A DNA stretch of 64,000 nucleotides from NCBI GenBank assembly GCA_965223345.1, contig CBDCWG010000001.1:32001-96000 (forward strand), given 5' to 3'. The position numbers were made by a program, and so were the translations under genes. Numbering within the stretch: the first letter of the stretch is position 1; each line of letters begins with the position of its first letter. The DNA comes from Nitrospinales bacterium (GTDB lineage: Bacteria; Nitrospinota; Nitrospinia; Nitrospinales; VA-1). The notes under the pieces were generated by a model. The model was given only the letters and a program-made list of their open reading frames with translations. It was not told the DNA's origin and ran no database searches. Below, piece by piece: positions 1 through 10,565 of the stretch.

Positions 1-1
1 T

Positions 2-673
2 GTATTCGCGCACGGGAATGTCGAATGCGGAAAACCGGGCGGCCATGTCCCCCGCCAGATTGAGCTGCAACGGAGTGCTCTGCGCCCATTGGTTGTTTTC
101 CAATACCAGAAACAAGGGGAGCTTCCAGAGTGAGGCGATATTGAGGGATTCATAAACCACGCCTTCCCCAAGAGTTCCATCGCCAATGAACACCGTGCTG
201 ATGCCTCCGGTCTGTTTGAGCTTGTGAGACAGTGCGATGCCGGCAGCAGTGGGAACGATGCCTCCCTGGATGCCGTTCGATTTGAACATCGAGGTGCCAA
301 TGTGTTGGCTGCCGCCCAGCCCGCCACAAACCCCTTCTCGCTTGCCCATGATTTCCGCAAGCAGGCCGTAAGCGTCCCCGGTTCGAGCCAGGTAATGACC
401 GTGGCAACGGTGATTGCTGAAGATGTGATCGTGAGACTGCAAATGTTCCATGATGCCCACCGCATCGGCTTCCTGACCGATATAGGCATGGGTGGTTCCG
501 TTCAAAACCCCTTCTTCAAAAAGAGAGAGCAGTCTTTCTTCGAACCGGCGGATAAAATACATGCGCCGGTGAAGCCGGGCGTTTTTTCCTTCGTCCACAA
601 AACCCATAAAATGCGGATCGGGTTGCTGACGGAGAAAGACGGTTTGTTGTTCTTGGGTGGGTATCAAGGTCAT
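2..673 (-). CDS. TPP-dependent dehydrogenase E1 alpha subunit (PDH/acetoin dehydrogenase family), runs off the window edge
   Basis: Not in the ORF track. Hand translation from ATG at 673 gives MYFIRRFEE, GTTHAYIGQEA, SNHRCHGH, GLGGSQH and the TPP motif FIGDGTLGEG...ENN. Confidence 0.9.
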   Translation of the reverse strand, partial: MTLIPTQEQQTVFLRQQPDPHFMGFVDEGKNARLHRRMYFIRRFEERLLSLFEEGVLNGTTHAYIGQEADAVGIMEHLQSHDHIFSNHRCHGHYLARTGDAYGLLAEIMGKREGVCGGLGGSQHIGTSMFKSNGIQGGIVPTAAGIALSHKLKQTGGISTVFIGDGTLGEGVVYESLNIASLWKLPLFLVLENNQWAQSTPLQLNLAGDMAARFSAFDIPVREY

Positions 674-906
674 GAATTCGGAAGGCTGAATGCAAAATTT
701 TCGGAATGATGATAACCGATTTATCTCTGCGAATCCATTGATTTTTTATGAGAACCCAACGACCGCTTAAGAAAAGATGCAGATAGATAAATTATGTGTA
801 TTTGATATGCGGATAAGAGCGGGATTTCAGGAGGCGGCTCTCTGCCGTAGAAAGAGGCAAAGGCGAGTGATTTTGCTCCGCAACTCTCTAATCCGGGTGG
901 TGTTTA

Positions 907-2097
907 TCAGGCATTGGCCTTGTGGTCCAAGTATTTTTCCGCAATCCGTACGAGAGTTTTTGCGTAATTTCCCCAGGTGTAGCGCTGCGCCACCTGGAAC
1001 GCTTTGTGTCCCATCGATTCGGCGAGTTTGGGAGACTCAAACAGTTGCCGGATGCAGCCGATCATCGCTTCCTTGTCGCCGATCGGTGGATGAAAGCCGC
1101 TCACCCCATTTTCGAACAACTCCGCAGCACCGGAGCCTGCGGGAATGACGCCGGGACAGCCGCAACCCGCCGCTTCCAGGGTCTGCATGCCAAACGCCTC
1201 GTGCACGGGATGCACGTGCACATAGGCCTGCGACGCCAGCTCCCTAATCTGCTTTTCGTCCAGGGGGCCGAGAAGTTCAACCCTTTTCTCAAGACCCCGT
1301 TTGCGCACCTCGCTCTGAAATTGTTCCTTAAGGGATTCCGGGTGCCAGAACCCCCCGATCGTCAGAATCACATCGTTTTGTTTGATTCCCTGCAGGATAT
1401 CGAGAAAGATATCCGGCACGTTGCCGATGTCCCAGCGGTCGAAAGTGAGGATCATGCGCCGGCGTTCGGCAAAGGGTGGCAGCGTCTCCAGGGGAAAACA
1501 GCCTGGAGCCAGAATTTCCAGAGGCTTGTCCGTCAGTTTTGCCAGGTGGGGGTGATGGAAACGGCCGCTGGTGATGACCGCCTTGCATTTTTTCAGGGCG
1601 TAGCGGTCCAGGCCCATCGCCGCCAGGTACAAAAACGGAAACTTCCAGCCGAAGCGATCCTTGTAAATTTTTTTCGCCGTGTAGGTGGAGGGGTCCCATA
1701 TCAGAAACAGGAAGGGGATCTTTCTGCGTTTCAGGAGGTTGCGGGCGCCAAAGGTGGTGTACTGGCAACAGGCGACGATGATGTCGAATTCCTTGGGTTG
1801 CACGCTTTTGTGCGAAAACAGGCCGCTCACGATGTGATGCAGTGAGAAAAACGACATCCCCGGAAATTTGAAATTCAACCGCTGCAGAAGCTTCGGGAAC
1901 CTGGAAAACAGATAACGGATTTTGATATTGCCGAGATGCGACCGGTAGTGGTCGGGATGCCGCTGCCAGTGATCCTTCTGGATGATGACCAGTGCTTCCG
2001 CGTCCACACCCAGCTCGGCGAGCTTGCGTATGGGCCAGCCGATGAGTTTCGGAGTGCTTCCCGGAGCCAGTTCGTCGATCAGAAAACCGATTTTCAA
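907..2097 (-). CDS. Glycosyltransferase family 4 (GT-B)
   Basis: C-terminal HEAFGMQTLEAAGCG (E-x7-E) motif; 396 aa. Confidence 0.88.
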   Translation of the reverse strand: MKIGFLIDELAPGSTPKLIGWPIRKLAELGVDAEALVIIQKDHWQRHPDHYRSHLGNIKIRYLFSRFPKLLQRLNFKFPGMSFFSLHHIVSGLFSHKSVQPKEFDIIVACCQYTTFGARNLLKRRKIPFLFLIWDPSTYTAKKIYKDRFGWKFPFLYLAAMGLDRYALKKCKAVITSGRFHHPHLAKLTDKPLEILAPGCFPLETLPPFAERRRMILTFDRWDIGNVPDIFLDILQGIKQNDVILTIGGFWHPESLKEQFQSEVRKRGLEKRVELLGPLDEKQIRELASQAYVHVHPVHEAFGMQTLEAAGCGCPGVIPAGSGAAELFENGVSGFHPPIGDKEAMIGCIRQLFESPKLAESMGHKAFQVAQRYTWGNYAKTLVRIAEKYLDHKANA

Positions 2098-2156
2098 AAG
2101 GATTTCCTCAACAAGTGTTTACAGGGAGCCTCGCCATTGGGGGTGGCGGCGGAAAA

Positions 2157-3779
2157 TCATCCCTGTTTTTTGGTCAGGTAATACGGTCCGAGGGCCAGCG
2201 AATCCATGCCACAGGAATGAAACGTGGCCAGAGCCATCCGGGGACTGCAGGCGATCGGTTGCCCCATCACATTGAGGGACGTGTTCAGCAGCACGGGCAC
2301 GCCGGTGATCTTATCAAACTCCTGGATAAGCCGATGGTATTTCTCATTGGTTTGCGCGCAGACGGTTTGAATGCGGGCGGTGCCGTCCACATGCGTCACC
2401 GCCGGAATGACAGATTTTTTCGCTTCCTTCACATTGAAAGTCACGGTCATGTAGGGGGAGGGAACCGTGTTTTCAAAAAAATCCTCAGCCCGTTCGGCCA
2501 GCACCGAAGGCGTGAACGGGCGGAACTGCTCGCGAAACTTCACCAGCCGGTTGATTTTGTCCTTCATGCCGTCGTCACGCGGGTCGGCGAGGATGCTGCG
2601 GTTGCCCAGAGCACGGGGACCGAATTCCATCTCTCCCTGAAACCAGCCCACGATCTTTCCCGCCGCCAGGTCTTTCGCTGCACGCACTTCGACCGATTCC
2701 GGCTTTTCATACGTGGCGTGGCAATCTTCAAGTATCTGCAGGATTTCTGCGTCCGTGTAGGCGGGACCCAGGTAGCCGTGTTCCAGAGTGCGGGGAACAA
2801 TTTTATGTTTTGTGCTTTCAAGCAGAGCGCAGCCGATAGACAAGCCCGCATCCGAGACGTGCGGCGGTACGAACAACTCGTCCAACAGGCCGGATTCGCG
2901 GATTTTCTGATTCATCGAGCAGTTCAGCGAAACCCCGCCCGCCAGGCACAGGCGGCGGATACCCGTTTGCTTCACCAGCTTCTCGATGAGGTGCAGGACC
3001 ACGTCCTCAAGCGCTTTCTGGCCGCTCGCAGCAACATCCATGTGGTATTCGGTGACGGGTTCATCCGCGAGCCGGGCGTTTTCCGGCAAAGTCAGGTTTC
3101 CCGAAAACAGGCGCTCCTGCTTGGAAGGGGCTGGACGGTCAGGATCCTCAAAGGATTGCAGATGCTCGGCATTCAAATGATAGGTTGTGCCATTGGTGCA
3201 AAGCACACCGCTCAAATCATACTTTGGCGAGCCGTAGGACGACAGGCCCATGACCTTGTATTCGTCGCTGTCCTTTTGAAACCCCAGGTACTGAGTCAGG
3301 ATCGAGTAAAAAATGCCCAGCGAGTTGGGTTTGCGAATCCGGTAGATTTCTTCGATTTCCTGTCCCCGCCCGATGGCGGCGAATGTGCTCACCCGGTCGC
3401 CGGAAAAATCCATCGTCAGGATAAGCGCCGGTTCCCGGCCCCAAACGAAATAAGTGGACGCCGCATGGGCCGTATGGTGATCGCAAAGCACCACCGGGGG
3501 GGCGTATCCGAAGTGGAACTCGAGATAGTCGGTCAAAATGGCATTGAAATCCTTGTAAGTTTTACCAGGGAAAGAAACGCTTTGCACATCCTTGAGGGTG
3601 ATGCCTGCCTTTTTCAGGCAAAACTTGATGGCGTTTTTAGGCAAAAGCCCCGAAGCGTGTTTGATGCCGATGAGCCGTTCTTCTTCCACAGCAGCCACGA
3701 TGCGCCCGTCTTTGACGAGTGCTGCGGCTCCATCCTGGTTTCCGGGCAGGATGCCCCCGCTGATTCCTAAGAAATACAT
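2157..3779 (-). CDS. Carbamoyltransferase, NodU/CmcH family
   Basis: QDGAAALVKDG, EEERL, HHTAHAAS, EYKVMGLSSYG, GGVSLNC, EFGPRALGNRSILADPR, FRPFTPS, LLNTSLN. Confidence 0.95.
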   Translation of the reverse strand: MYFLGISGGILPGNQDGAAALVKDGRIVAAVEEERLIGIKHASGLLPKNAIKFCLKKAGITLKDVQSVSFPGKTYKDFNAILTDYLEFHFGYAPPVVLCDHHTAHAASTYFVWGREPALILTMDFSGDRVSTFAAIGRGQEIEEIYRIRKPNSLGIFYSILTQYLGFQKDSDEYKVMGLSSYGSPKYDLSGVLCTNGTTYHLNAEHLQSFEDPDRPAPSKQERLFSGNLTLPENARLADEPVTEYHMDVAASGQKALEDVVLHLIEKLVKQTGIRRLCLAGGVSLNCSMNQKIRESGLLDELFVPPHVSDAGLSIGCALLESTKHKIVPRTLEHGYLGPAYTDAEILQILEDCHATYEKPESVEVRAAKDLAAGKIVGWFQGEMEFGPRALGNRSILADPRDDGMKDKINRLVKFREQFRPFTPSVLAERAEDFFENTVPSPYMTVTFNVKEAKKSVIPAVTHVDGTARIQTVCAQTNEKYHRLIQEFDKITGVPVLLNTSLNVMGQPIACSPRMALATFHSCGMDSLALGPYYLTKKQG

Positions 3780-3808
3780 ATTCCGTTCTTTTTATTATGC
3801 TTTTTTAG

Positions 3809-4837
3809 TTATGCTTTGAAAGCGGGTTTTGTTGGCTTGGCGCCACCGCCGAGAAAGCTTTTACTCAAATAATTGCGCCCCGCCGGGGTGAACAGCGTGA
3901 GCCGGGTGTACGTCGCCAGTTGAATGAAATTCAGCAGCGGGTGGTACAGCCAGTAAACCGTCCGATCGCGAAACGCCAGCCAGATCGCATGCGCGCCGGA
4001 GAAAAGGGGGATGCCCGCATACAGGATCCACAACAGAAATCGCCGGAAAAACTGCTTGCCGAAGGCCCAGCGCATGTTGCGCGTTTCCCGGTGGCTGAGG
4101 AAGTGATTGCTGTAGTTTCGCTTCAGCTTGCCCATCCATTCCTGAAGCGACATCACATGATGGTGCGTGATGTTCAGCGCCGGAAAATAGGCCACCTGGT
4201 TGTGGTTGGCCTCGATCATGCTCTGAAAGATATCGTTGTCGCCGATGAACCCTTCCGACTGGAAATACGGTTTCACATAGGCAAACCTCAGGACCAGACC
4301 GTTGGCGCCCCACACCAGCGGGCGTTCCGGCAGCACCCGGAACAGTTTCCCCTCTTTGTTCCCCGATCGTATGGGCGTGCCTGAGGAATAATAATACTCC
4401 AGGTTCTTGTTGGTGAAAAAGGACAGCGGCTCGCTTTGAATCAACGCGAAATATTTGTTGATCGGTTTGTCCTCTTCGCCCGAGACCTGCCGTCCCCACA
4501 ACGCCGCAAGCTCCGGCTGCGCTTCGAAACACCCGTTGACCGTCGCAAACCAGTCCGCACCCACCAGCTCGTTGTCCGCCGCGAACATGACCACCAGATC
4601 CCCCGTCGCCCTTTCCCCGAACAGGCCGAAGGCGAAATGCGCCGACCGCTTCGGATTGTTCAAAAAGGTCGCCGGATAGCTGCGGGCGATCGATTCGGTC
4701 TTATCGGAGGAACCGCCGTCCACCACCAGAACCTCGATCTTGTCCGCGGGATATTCCTGGCTGAATATGCTCTTGAGGCAGGCATCCAGCCATTTTTCCG
4801 CGTTGAAAGTGGGGATGAATACCGAAAATGTGTTCAC
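3809..4837 (-). CDS. Glycosyltransferase family 2
   Basis: SVFIPTFN, VVDGGSSD, AADN (DxD-like), hydrophobic C-terminus. Confidence 0.88.
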   Translation of the reverse strand: MNTFSVFIPTFNAEKWLDACLKSIFSQEYPADKIEVLVVDGGSSDKTESIARSYPATFLNNPKRSAHFAFGLFGERATGDLVVMFAADNELVGADWFATVNGCFEAQPELAALWGRQVSGEEDKPINKYFALIQSEPLSFFTNKNLEYYYSSGTPIRSGNKEGKLFRVLPERPLVWGANGLVLRFAYVKPYFQSEGFIGDNDIFQSMIEANHNQVAYFPALNITHHHVMSLQEWMGKLKRNYSNHFLSHRETRNMRWAFGKQFFRRFLLWILYAGIPLFSGAHAIWLAFRDRTVYWLYHPLLNFIQLATYTRLTLFTPAGRNYLSKSFLGGGAKPTKPAFKA

Positions 4838-4855
4838 ATCACAGGTATGGGAAAA

Positions 4856-5521
4856 TTAAAAAACAGTGGCGGAGCTCTGTTTGACGATTTTCGCCGGAAC
4901 CCCGGCAACCGTCACTCCGTCGGGGACGTCTTCGATCAGAACCGAGCCCGCCGCCACGACCACGTTGGCGCCGATGCGGATGTCGGGAATGATGCGGGCC
5001 CCGACGCCGATGAACGTGTTGTCGCCCACCCGCGCGTTGGAGGTGAAATTGACCCCCGGCCCGACATACACGTTGTCGCCCAGCTGCGTTTCGTGCTCGA
5101 TGGTGGCGTTGGAATACACCACCACGTTGTTGCCGATTTTCGCGTGCGCGTTGACGACGACCCCCGGATTCAGCACCACCCCTTCACCCAAAGAGGCGAA
5201 GCCGCTCACGTACGCCGTCGGATGCACCAGCGTCGGCACGGAAAGCCCGAGTGCCTTCAACCGCTGGAAGAGCTCCGCCCGCAGCCCCATATAGCGGTTG
5301 GAGATGCCGATGGCGGCGCAGGAAACCCCATGCTCTGCGATGCAGGACTTAAGATCCGCAAGAGGGCCGAGCACCGGATATCCCATGAGCTCGGTGCCCT
5401 TCAGTTCAGGATCGTCGTCGAGAAACCCCGCGATTTTGAGATCCAAAGACGGAGATTCCTGCAGCATGGCCGCCAGCACTTTGGCATGCTGACGGGCGCC
5501 CAGAATCAGAAGGCGTTTCAT
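4856..5521 (-). CDS. Sugar N-/O-acetyltransferase, NeuD/PglD hexapeptide-repeat family
   Basis: ILGARQHAK, GFLDDD, LVHPTA, hexapeptide repeats, AGVPAK. Confidence 0.92.
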   Translation of the reverse strand: MKRLLILGARQHAKVLAAMLQESPSLDLKIAGFLDDDPELKGTELMGYPVLGPLADLKSCIAEHGVSCAAIGISNRYMGLRAELFQRLKALGLSVPTLVHPTAYVSGFASLGEGVVLNPGVVVNAHAKIGNNVVVYSNATIEHETQLGDNVYVGPGVNFTSNARVGDNTFIGVGARIIPDIRIGANVVVAAGSVLIEDVPDGVTVAGVPAKIVKQSSATVF

Positions 5522-5589
5522 GGCACCCGTTCTACCTATAGAATTTTACTCAAACAGAATTCGTGTTCACACACGCAAAAAGCGTGCGT

Positions 5590-6648
5590 TCATTTTCGGA
5601 TCGGATCGAGCTCGGCTTTTTCTTTTCCGGAAGCGGTGTGCAGAGCGTGGTTGCTGTGAATTTCCGTTTCGATGGCCTTCATCACCTGCACCACCTCATA
5701 GCCGCTGTACCCGTCGGTCAGGGGTTTCGTTCGCTCGTGCACACAATGAATGAAATGGGAGCACATCTCTTTCAGCGGCTCGTACAGATCCAGCATGGGC
5801 GAGATGATGTCCCCGTCGCGCAGTTGCAATTGGAAATCGCCGAAGTCGTCGGTTTCCGCGGCCACACCGATGCCTTTCTTGAACAGCCGCACGCGCTCGA
5901 AATTATCCAGATCGTTGAACACCGACCGCGCCTGGCTGCCGACGACCCGGATCGTCCGTTCCTTGTTGGAATCTTCCCAGCTCACGTGGACATTGGCGAT
6001 GACATTGTCCGGATAGATCAAATTGATGAACGCCACGTCCTCCTTGCCCGGTTTGAGGTGACAGGCGCCGATGGCGCTCACTTTGACCGGTGTGGTACCG
6101 AGAAAATGATTGAATATGGAAACATCGTGCGGCGCCAGGTCCCAGATGGCGTTGATATCGTCGCGGATCAGTCCCAGGTGCGTGCGTGTGGCGTTCATGT
6201 AGTAGATCTGGCCCAGCACGCCTTCGTCGATGAATTGCTTGATCTTGCGGATACCGGGATTGTACAGAAACGTGTGCCCCACCATGAGAATCTTGTCCTG
6301 CTTGTCCGCCAACCGGCACAATTCCAGCGACTCCTCGGGTTCCAGCGTCAGGGGTTTTTCCGACAGAACGTCTTTCCCGGCTTCCAGGCAGGCTTTGACG
6401 ATCGAATAGTGCGTCGTCGAAGGCGTCGCCACCACCACCGCCTGGACCGTGGGATCGGCGATGACCTCTTCATGATTTTGCGTGAGGCGGACGAACGGCA
6501 GGTATTTCACCTTGGCGAGGTTTTCTTCTTTCAGGTCGCAGCACCAGGCGACCTCGCAGGCGTCCATCGCATTGAAAATTCTCAGGTAATTGGGGCCCCA
6601 GTGACCCAGGCCCAGGATGGCGATTTTGATGGGGGCTTTAAGCGTCAT
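5590..6648 (-). CDS. Gfo/Idh/MocA oxidoreductase (NDP-sugar 3-dehydrogenase-like)
   Basis: GLGHWG, EKPL, WDLAPHD. Start moved to ATG 6648, overlapping the end of the upstream aminotransferase. Confidence 0.9.
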   Translation of the reverse strand: MTLKAPIKIAILGLGHWGPNYLRIFNAMDACEVAWCCDLKEENLAKVKYLPFVRLTQNHEEVIADPTVQAVVVATPSTTHYSIVKACLEAGKDVLSEKPLTLEPEESLELCRLADKQDKILMVGHTFLYNPGIRKIKQFIDEGVLGQIYYMNATRTHLGLIRDDINAIWDLAPHDVSIFNHFLGTTPVKVSAIGACHLKPGKEDVAFINLIYPDNVIANVHVSWEDSNKERTIRVVGSQARSVFNDLDNFERVRLFKKGIGVAAETDDFGDFQLQLRDGDIISPMLDLYEPLKEMCSHFIHCVHERTKPLTDGYSGYEVVQVMKAIETEIHSNHALHTASGKEKAELDPIRK

Positions 6649-7801
6649 AAAAATCCCGGATGGTTTGAGTGACACGTTTGAGTTGGGCGTCCTGCATTTC
6701 AGGAAACAGCGGCAACGAGCAGATTTCTTTGCAGATCCGCTCCGTCACCGGGAACGCTTCGGGCCGCACGGATAGATGCGAGAAGGCGCCGTGCGCGTAC
6801 ACCGGATGCGGATAATGGATGCCCGCGCCGATGCCGTTGGCGTTGAGATGCGCAAGCAGCGCGTCGCGCTTTTCGGTGCGGATCACATAAAGATGAAACA
6901 CATGCGAATCGTCCTCGGGAATGTCCGGCAGGATCAGATCCCCCACAGCCGCAAGTTCCCGGTTGTAGGCGCGCGCTTTTTCCAGGCGGGCCCGGTTCCA
7001 GCCGTCCAGATGCGGGAGTTTCACATTCAGCACGGCCGCCTGCACGCTGTCGAGCCGGCTGTTGAAGCCCAGCACGTCGTGCACGTATTTCTGCGTCGAG
7101 CCGTAATTGCGCAGGCGCAGCAGGGTGTCGTGCACCGCTTCATCCGAGGTCACCAGCGCGCCGCCGTCGCCGTAGGCGCCGAGGTTCTTGCCCGGGTAGA
7201 AGGAAAAGCAGCCCATCGTGCCGAACGTGCCCGCTCTCTTGCCGTTCAGTTTCGCGCCGTGCGCCTGGCAGGCGTCTTCCACCACCTTTAACCCGTGTTT
7301 TCCGGCGATGGCCATCAACCGCTCCATGTCCAGCACCCGGCCGTACAGGTGCACCGGCAGGATGGCCTTGGTGCGCGGCGTGATGCGCGCTTCCAGCGCT
7401 TCGAGATCCAGGTTGAACGTGTGCGGATCGACGTCGGCCAGCACGGGCGTCGCTCCGGCATAGGCGATGGCCAGCGCCGTGGCGATGAACGTGTTGGCGG
7501 CGGTGAGGACCTCATCCCCCGGCCCGATGCCGAGTGCCCTGAGCGCCAGATGCAGGGCGTCGGTGCCCGACGCCACGCCGACACAGAATGGAGCGCCGCA
7601 ATAGGCCGCAAAGTCTTTCTCAAACGTCTGCACCGGCGTTCCCAGAATGAACTGGGTCGTGGCAAAAACGTTTTCCACCTGCGGGACGATTTCGTCCTTC
7701 AGGCTTTCGTACTGGGTTTTCAGATCCACCAGCGGGATCGGACTGGCATCCCGGCCGTTTGCGGATTTCGGTGGAGCGTCGGTGGTACCGGTTTTCATCA
7801 T
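6638..7801 (-). CDS. DegT/DnrJ/EryC1/StrS PLP-dependent sugar aminotransferase
   Basis: SGTDALHLAL, PVHLYG, EDACQAHGA, SFYPGKNLGAYGDGG, GFNSRLD. Start uncertain (7798/7801). Confidence 0.95.
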   Translation of the reverse strand: MMKTGTTDAPPKSANGRDASPIPLVDLKTQYESLKDEIVPQVENVFATTQFILGTPVQTFEKDFAAYCGAPFCVGVASGTDALHLALRALGIGPGDEVLTAANTFIATALAIAYAGATPVLADVDPHTFNLDLEALEARITPRTKAILPVHLYGRVLDMERLMAIAGKHGLKVVEDACQAHGAKLNGKRAGTFGTMGCFSFYPGKNLGAYGDGGALVTSDEAVHDTLLRLRNYGSTQKYVHDVLGFNSRLDSVQAAVLNVKLPHLDGWNRARLEKARAYNRELAAVGDLILPDIPEDDSHVFHLYVIRTEKRDALLAHLNANGIGAGIHYPHPVYAHGAFSHLSVRPEAFPVTERICKEICSLPLFPEMQDAQLKRVTQTIRDFYDA

Positions 7802-7865
7802 GCGCGGTATCTTTCCTGAAAAATGCGGTTTTCCTCCCGTCAAAGCCGGGAGGGTTGAGAGACGG

Positions 7866-8924
7866 TCAGACCACGGCTTTCTGCATGTCGAATATTTCGT
7901 TGATGATTTGCGTGCAATCGTACTTGTACTGCCAGTCCGGATAATGGGCCTGGAACTTGCTCACGTCGCTGATCCACCACAGGTGATCGCCCTTGCGGTT
8001 TTGCGGCACGTATTCGGTGACGAGTTTCTTTTTGCCGATCTCCTGACAGAGTTCGACAGCTTCCAGGAGAGAGCAATGGCTGTGACGGCTGCCGCCCATA
8101 TTGTAGACCTCGCCTTTTCTCGGGTTCTTGAAAAAACAATCGAACGCCCGCACGAGATCGTAGGAATGGATATTGTCGCGCACCTGCTTGCCCCCGTAAC
8201 CGAAAATCCGGTAGGTGCTGCCCAAAAGGCAAGCCCGCACGAGATAGGACAGAAATCCGTGCAGCTCGGTTCCGGAGTGTGCGGGGCCCGTCAGGCAGCC
8301 ACCGCGGAAAGTTCCAGTCATCAGGTCGAAATAGTTGCCGTATTCCTGCACCAGAATGTCCGCGCCGATTTTGGAAGCCCCGAACAGGCTGTGCGTGCTT
8401 TGGTCGATCGACATGGTCTCGTCGATTCCGGCGAACCAGCGGTGCTCCTTCGGCATCTCATAGCGGGATTCCTGCTCGATCAGAGGCAGGTGATTGGGCA
8501 GATCGCCGTACACCTTGTTGGTGGAGGTGAAGATGAACACCGCATCCGGGCAGTGTTGCCGGAAGCTTTCGAGCAGCACCAAGGTCCCCAGAGCGTTGAT
8601 GGTGAAATCCGCATGCGGGTCTTTCGCGGCCCAGTCGTGCGAAGGCTGCGCCGCGGCGTGGACGATCAGCTTGATATTTTCCCGGAAGGTGCGGAACAGA
8701 TCCTCGACCGCCTCCCGGTCGCGGATGTCGATATCCCGGTGTTGGTAGTTTTTGTATTGCTTCTCGAGCCGGAGGCGGTTCCATTGCGTGTCCGCATCCT
8801 CGCCGAAGAAGGTTTTACGCATGTTGTTGTCGATTCCGATCACATCGTGACCCTGGTCGCAAAAATAATCGACCGCCTCCGAACCGATCAATCCCGCGGA
8901 TCCTGTGACGACGATGACAGACAA
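7866..8924 (-). CDS. NAD-dependent epimerase, CDP-paratose 2-epimerase (RfbE)-like
   Basis: [38 protein letters not shown] start with GGGGAG RBS. Confidence 0.85.
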   Translation of the reverse strand: MSVIVVTGSAGLIGSEAVDYFCDQGHDVIGIDNNMRKTFFGEDADTQWNRLRLEKQYKNYQHRDIDIRDREAVEDLFRTFRENIKLIVHAAAQPSHDWAAKDPHADFTINALGTLVLLESFRQHCPDAVFIFTSTNKVYGDLPNHLPLIEQESRYEMPKEHRWFAGIDETMSIDQSTHSLFGASKIGADILVQEYGNYFDLMTGTFRGGCLTGPAHSGTELHGFLSYLVRACLLGSTYRIFGYGGKQVRDNIHSYDLVRAFDCFFKNPRKGEVYNMGGSRHSHCSLLEAVELCQEIGKKKLVTEYVPQNRKGDHLWWISDVSKFQAHYPDWQYKYDCTQIINEIFDMQKAVV

Positions 8925-9007
8925 GCCGCACTCCCCCTAAAAGTTAACAAAAATCAAACCACCCGATTCACGCGTCGGCAGCGGTCCTCCATCCACAGAC
9001 GTTCACG

Positions 9008-10024
9008 CTATCTTTCGGAAACGCCGGGTTTTTGCGACGAGGTTTCCACCGTCTCCCCGCGTTTGAGAGCCGCTTCCATTTCCAATTTAATCCAAAAATA
9101 GGTTTTTTTTAACCCCTCGGCGAGCGGGATCGACGGCGCCCATCCCAATTCCTTTTTTATCAGCGTGTTATCGCTGTTGCGGCCGCGCACGCCCAGTGGG
9201 CCGGGAATGTTTTTGAGTGTGAGGTTTTTGTTTTCAAAGGAAATGGCAGTCTCAGCCAACTGGTTGATGGTCACCAGCTCAGCGCTTCCGAGATTGAGCG
9301 GATGCGGGCACTCGCCGCGCATGATGCGAATCGTGCCCTCCACGCAGTCGTCGATGAACATGAAGCTGCGTTGCTGCTTGCCATCGCCCCAGATTTCCAT
9401 TTCGCCGCCGGGAGGGGCCATGAGCACTTTGCGGCACATCGCCGCCGGCGCCTTCTCGCGCCCGCCCCGCCAGGTGCCGAAGGGGCCGTACACATTGTGA
9501 TAACGGGCGATGCGGGTTTGCAGCCCGTAATCCTCGCGGAAATATTCCGACAGCAGCTCGGTGAACAGCTTCTCCCAGCCATACCCCGCTTCGGGCAGGG
9601 CCGGATAGGCCATGTCTTCGGAAAGGGCCGGGGAATCCAGATCTTTCTGCAGTTCCGTGTTGTAGGCGCAGGCGCTGCTGGAGAAAAAAAAACGCCGCGC
9701 CTGGAATTTCCGCGCCGCTTCCAGCACATTGATGGAAATCAGTGCGCTGTCGCGCATGATGAGCGCGCGGTAATTCTCGATGAAACCCATGCCGCCCATA
9801 TTGGCGGCCAGACTGTACACCTCGTCGAACCGTCCGCCGCTGCGGAACACCGCCTCGACCTCGTCCTTGTTGCGCAAATCCACGTTGAAGAACGTGTCCG
9901 CCGGGCTGTCTTCGAATTCCGGGAACTTCCAATCCGCCGCCAGCACCGCATGCCCGTCCGTTTTCAGCCGCTTGACAAGATTGTTGCCGATAAAACCCCC
10001 AGCCCCTGTCACCAGGATTTTCAT
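9008..10024 (-). CDS. GDP-mannose 3,5-epimerase (GME)-like extended SDR
   Basis: TGAGGFIG, LAANMGGMGFI, SSSACAY, YGWEK, GGREKAPAAMCRK, GVRGRNSDN. Confidence 0.88.
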   Translation of the reverse strand: MKILVTGAGGFIGNNLVKRLKTDGHAVLAADWKFPEFEDSPADTFFNVDLRNKDEVEAVFRSGGRFDEVYSLAANMGGMGFIENYRALIMRDSALISINVLEAARKFQARRFFFSSSACAYNTELQKDLDSPALSEDMAYPALPEAGYGWEKLFTELLSEYFREDYGLQTRIARYHNVYGPFGTWRGGREKAPAAMCRKVLMAPPGGEMEIWGDGKQQRSFMFIDDCVEGTIRIMRGECPHPLNLGSAELVTINQLAETAISFENKNLTLKNIPGPLGVRGRNSDNTLIKKELGWAPSIPLAEGLKKTYFWIKLEMEAALKRGETVETSSQKPGVSER

Positions 10025-10565
10025 CGTGAATCGTTCCAGCTGGAAGTCATAAAAATAAACGATGGATGCATTGTACCGTAAAAATACAGGAGCAGATCAA
10101 GAACGCGTCTGGGGCCAGAAGATCAAAAAGAATCAAAAAAACGGTTTGCCTGCAGCAACGTTGCACGTACAGGCGCCGTTTTCCTGAACTCCAGCTTATC
10201 GGGAGATATCCATGACGCGGAAGTGCATTCCCGGAAACCAGCGCATCGGGAAATCGCGTGATACACCCGCTGCATTCAGCGGTGCAAAGAGGCAGTGCCT
10301 ATTCGGCTCCTACTTTAGAAGTCACTTTAGGGAACTAACAAATCCTTCAACCAAGATACAGGCAGGATAAATATATCATCAATATTTTAATCGTCAATAT
10401 TTGATTCGATTCTCCGATAATTGTTTTATAATGTTCGAGCACTGATGCCGATAAAGAAAAAGATCCGCAGTTTCCTGCTAGAGTGCCAAATTCTTTCAAT
10501 ATTCGAAACTGTTTTTCTCTCGCTCACTCGAGTCACAGTTTATTCATTAAGAGGACTAAAGAAGA

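Noticed and set aside
761..784. GACCGCTTAAGAAAAGATGCAGAT, resembling the 24-bp cassette box
   Set aside because: Only the left half matches well, and it has no partner box or arm sequences; may be chance.
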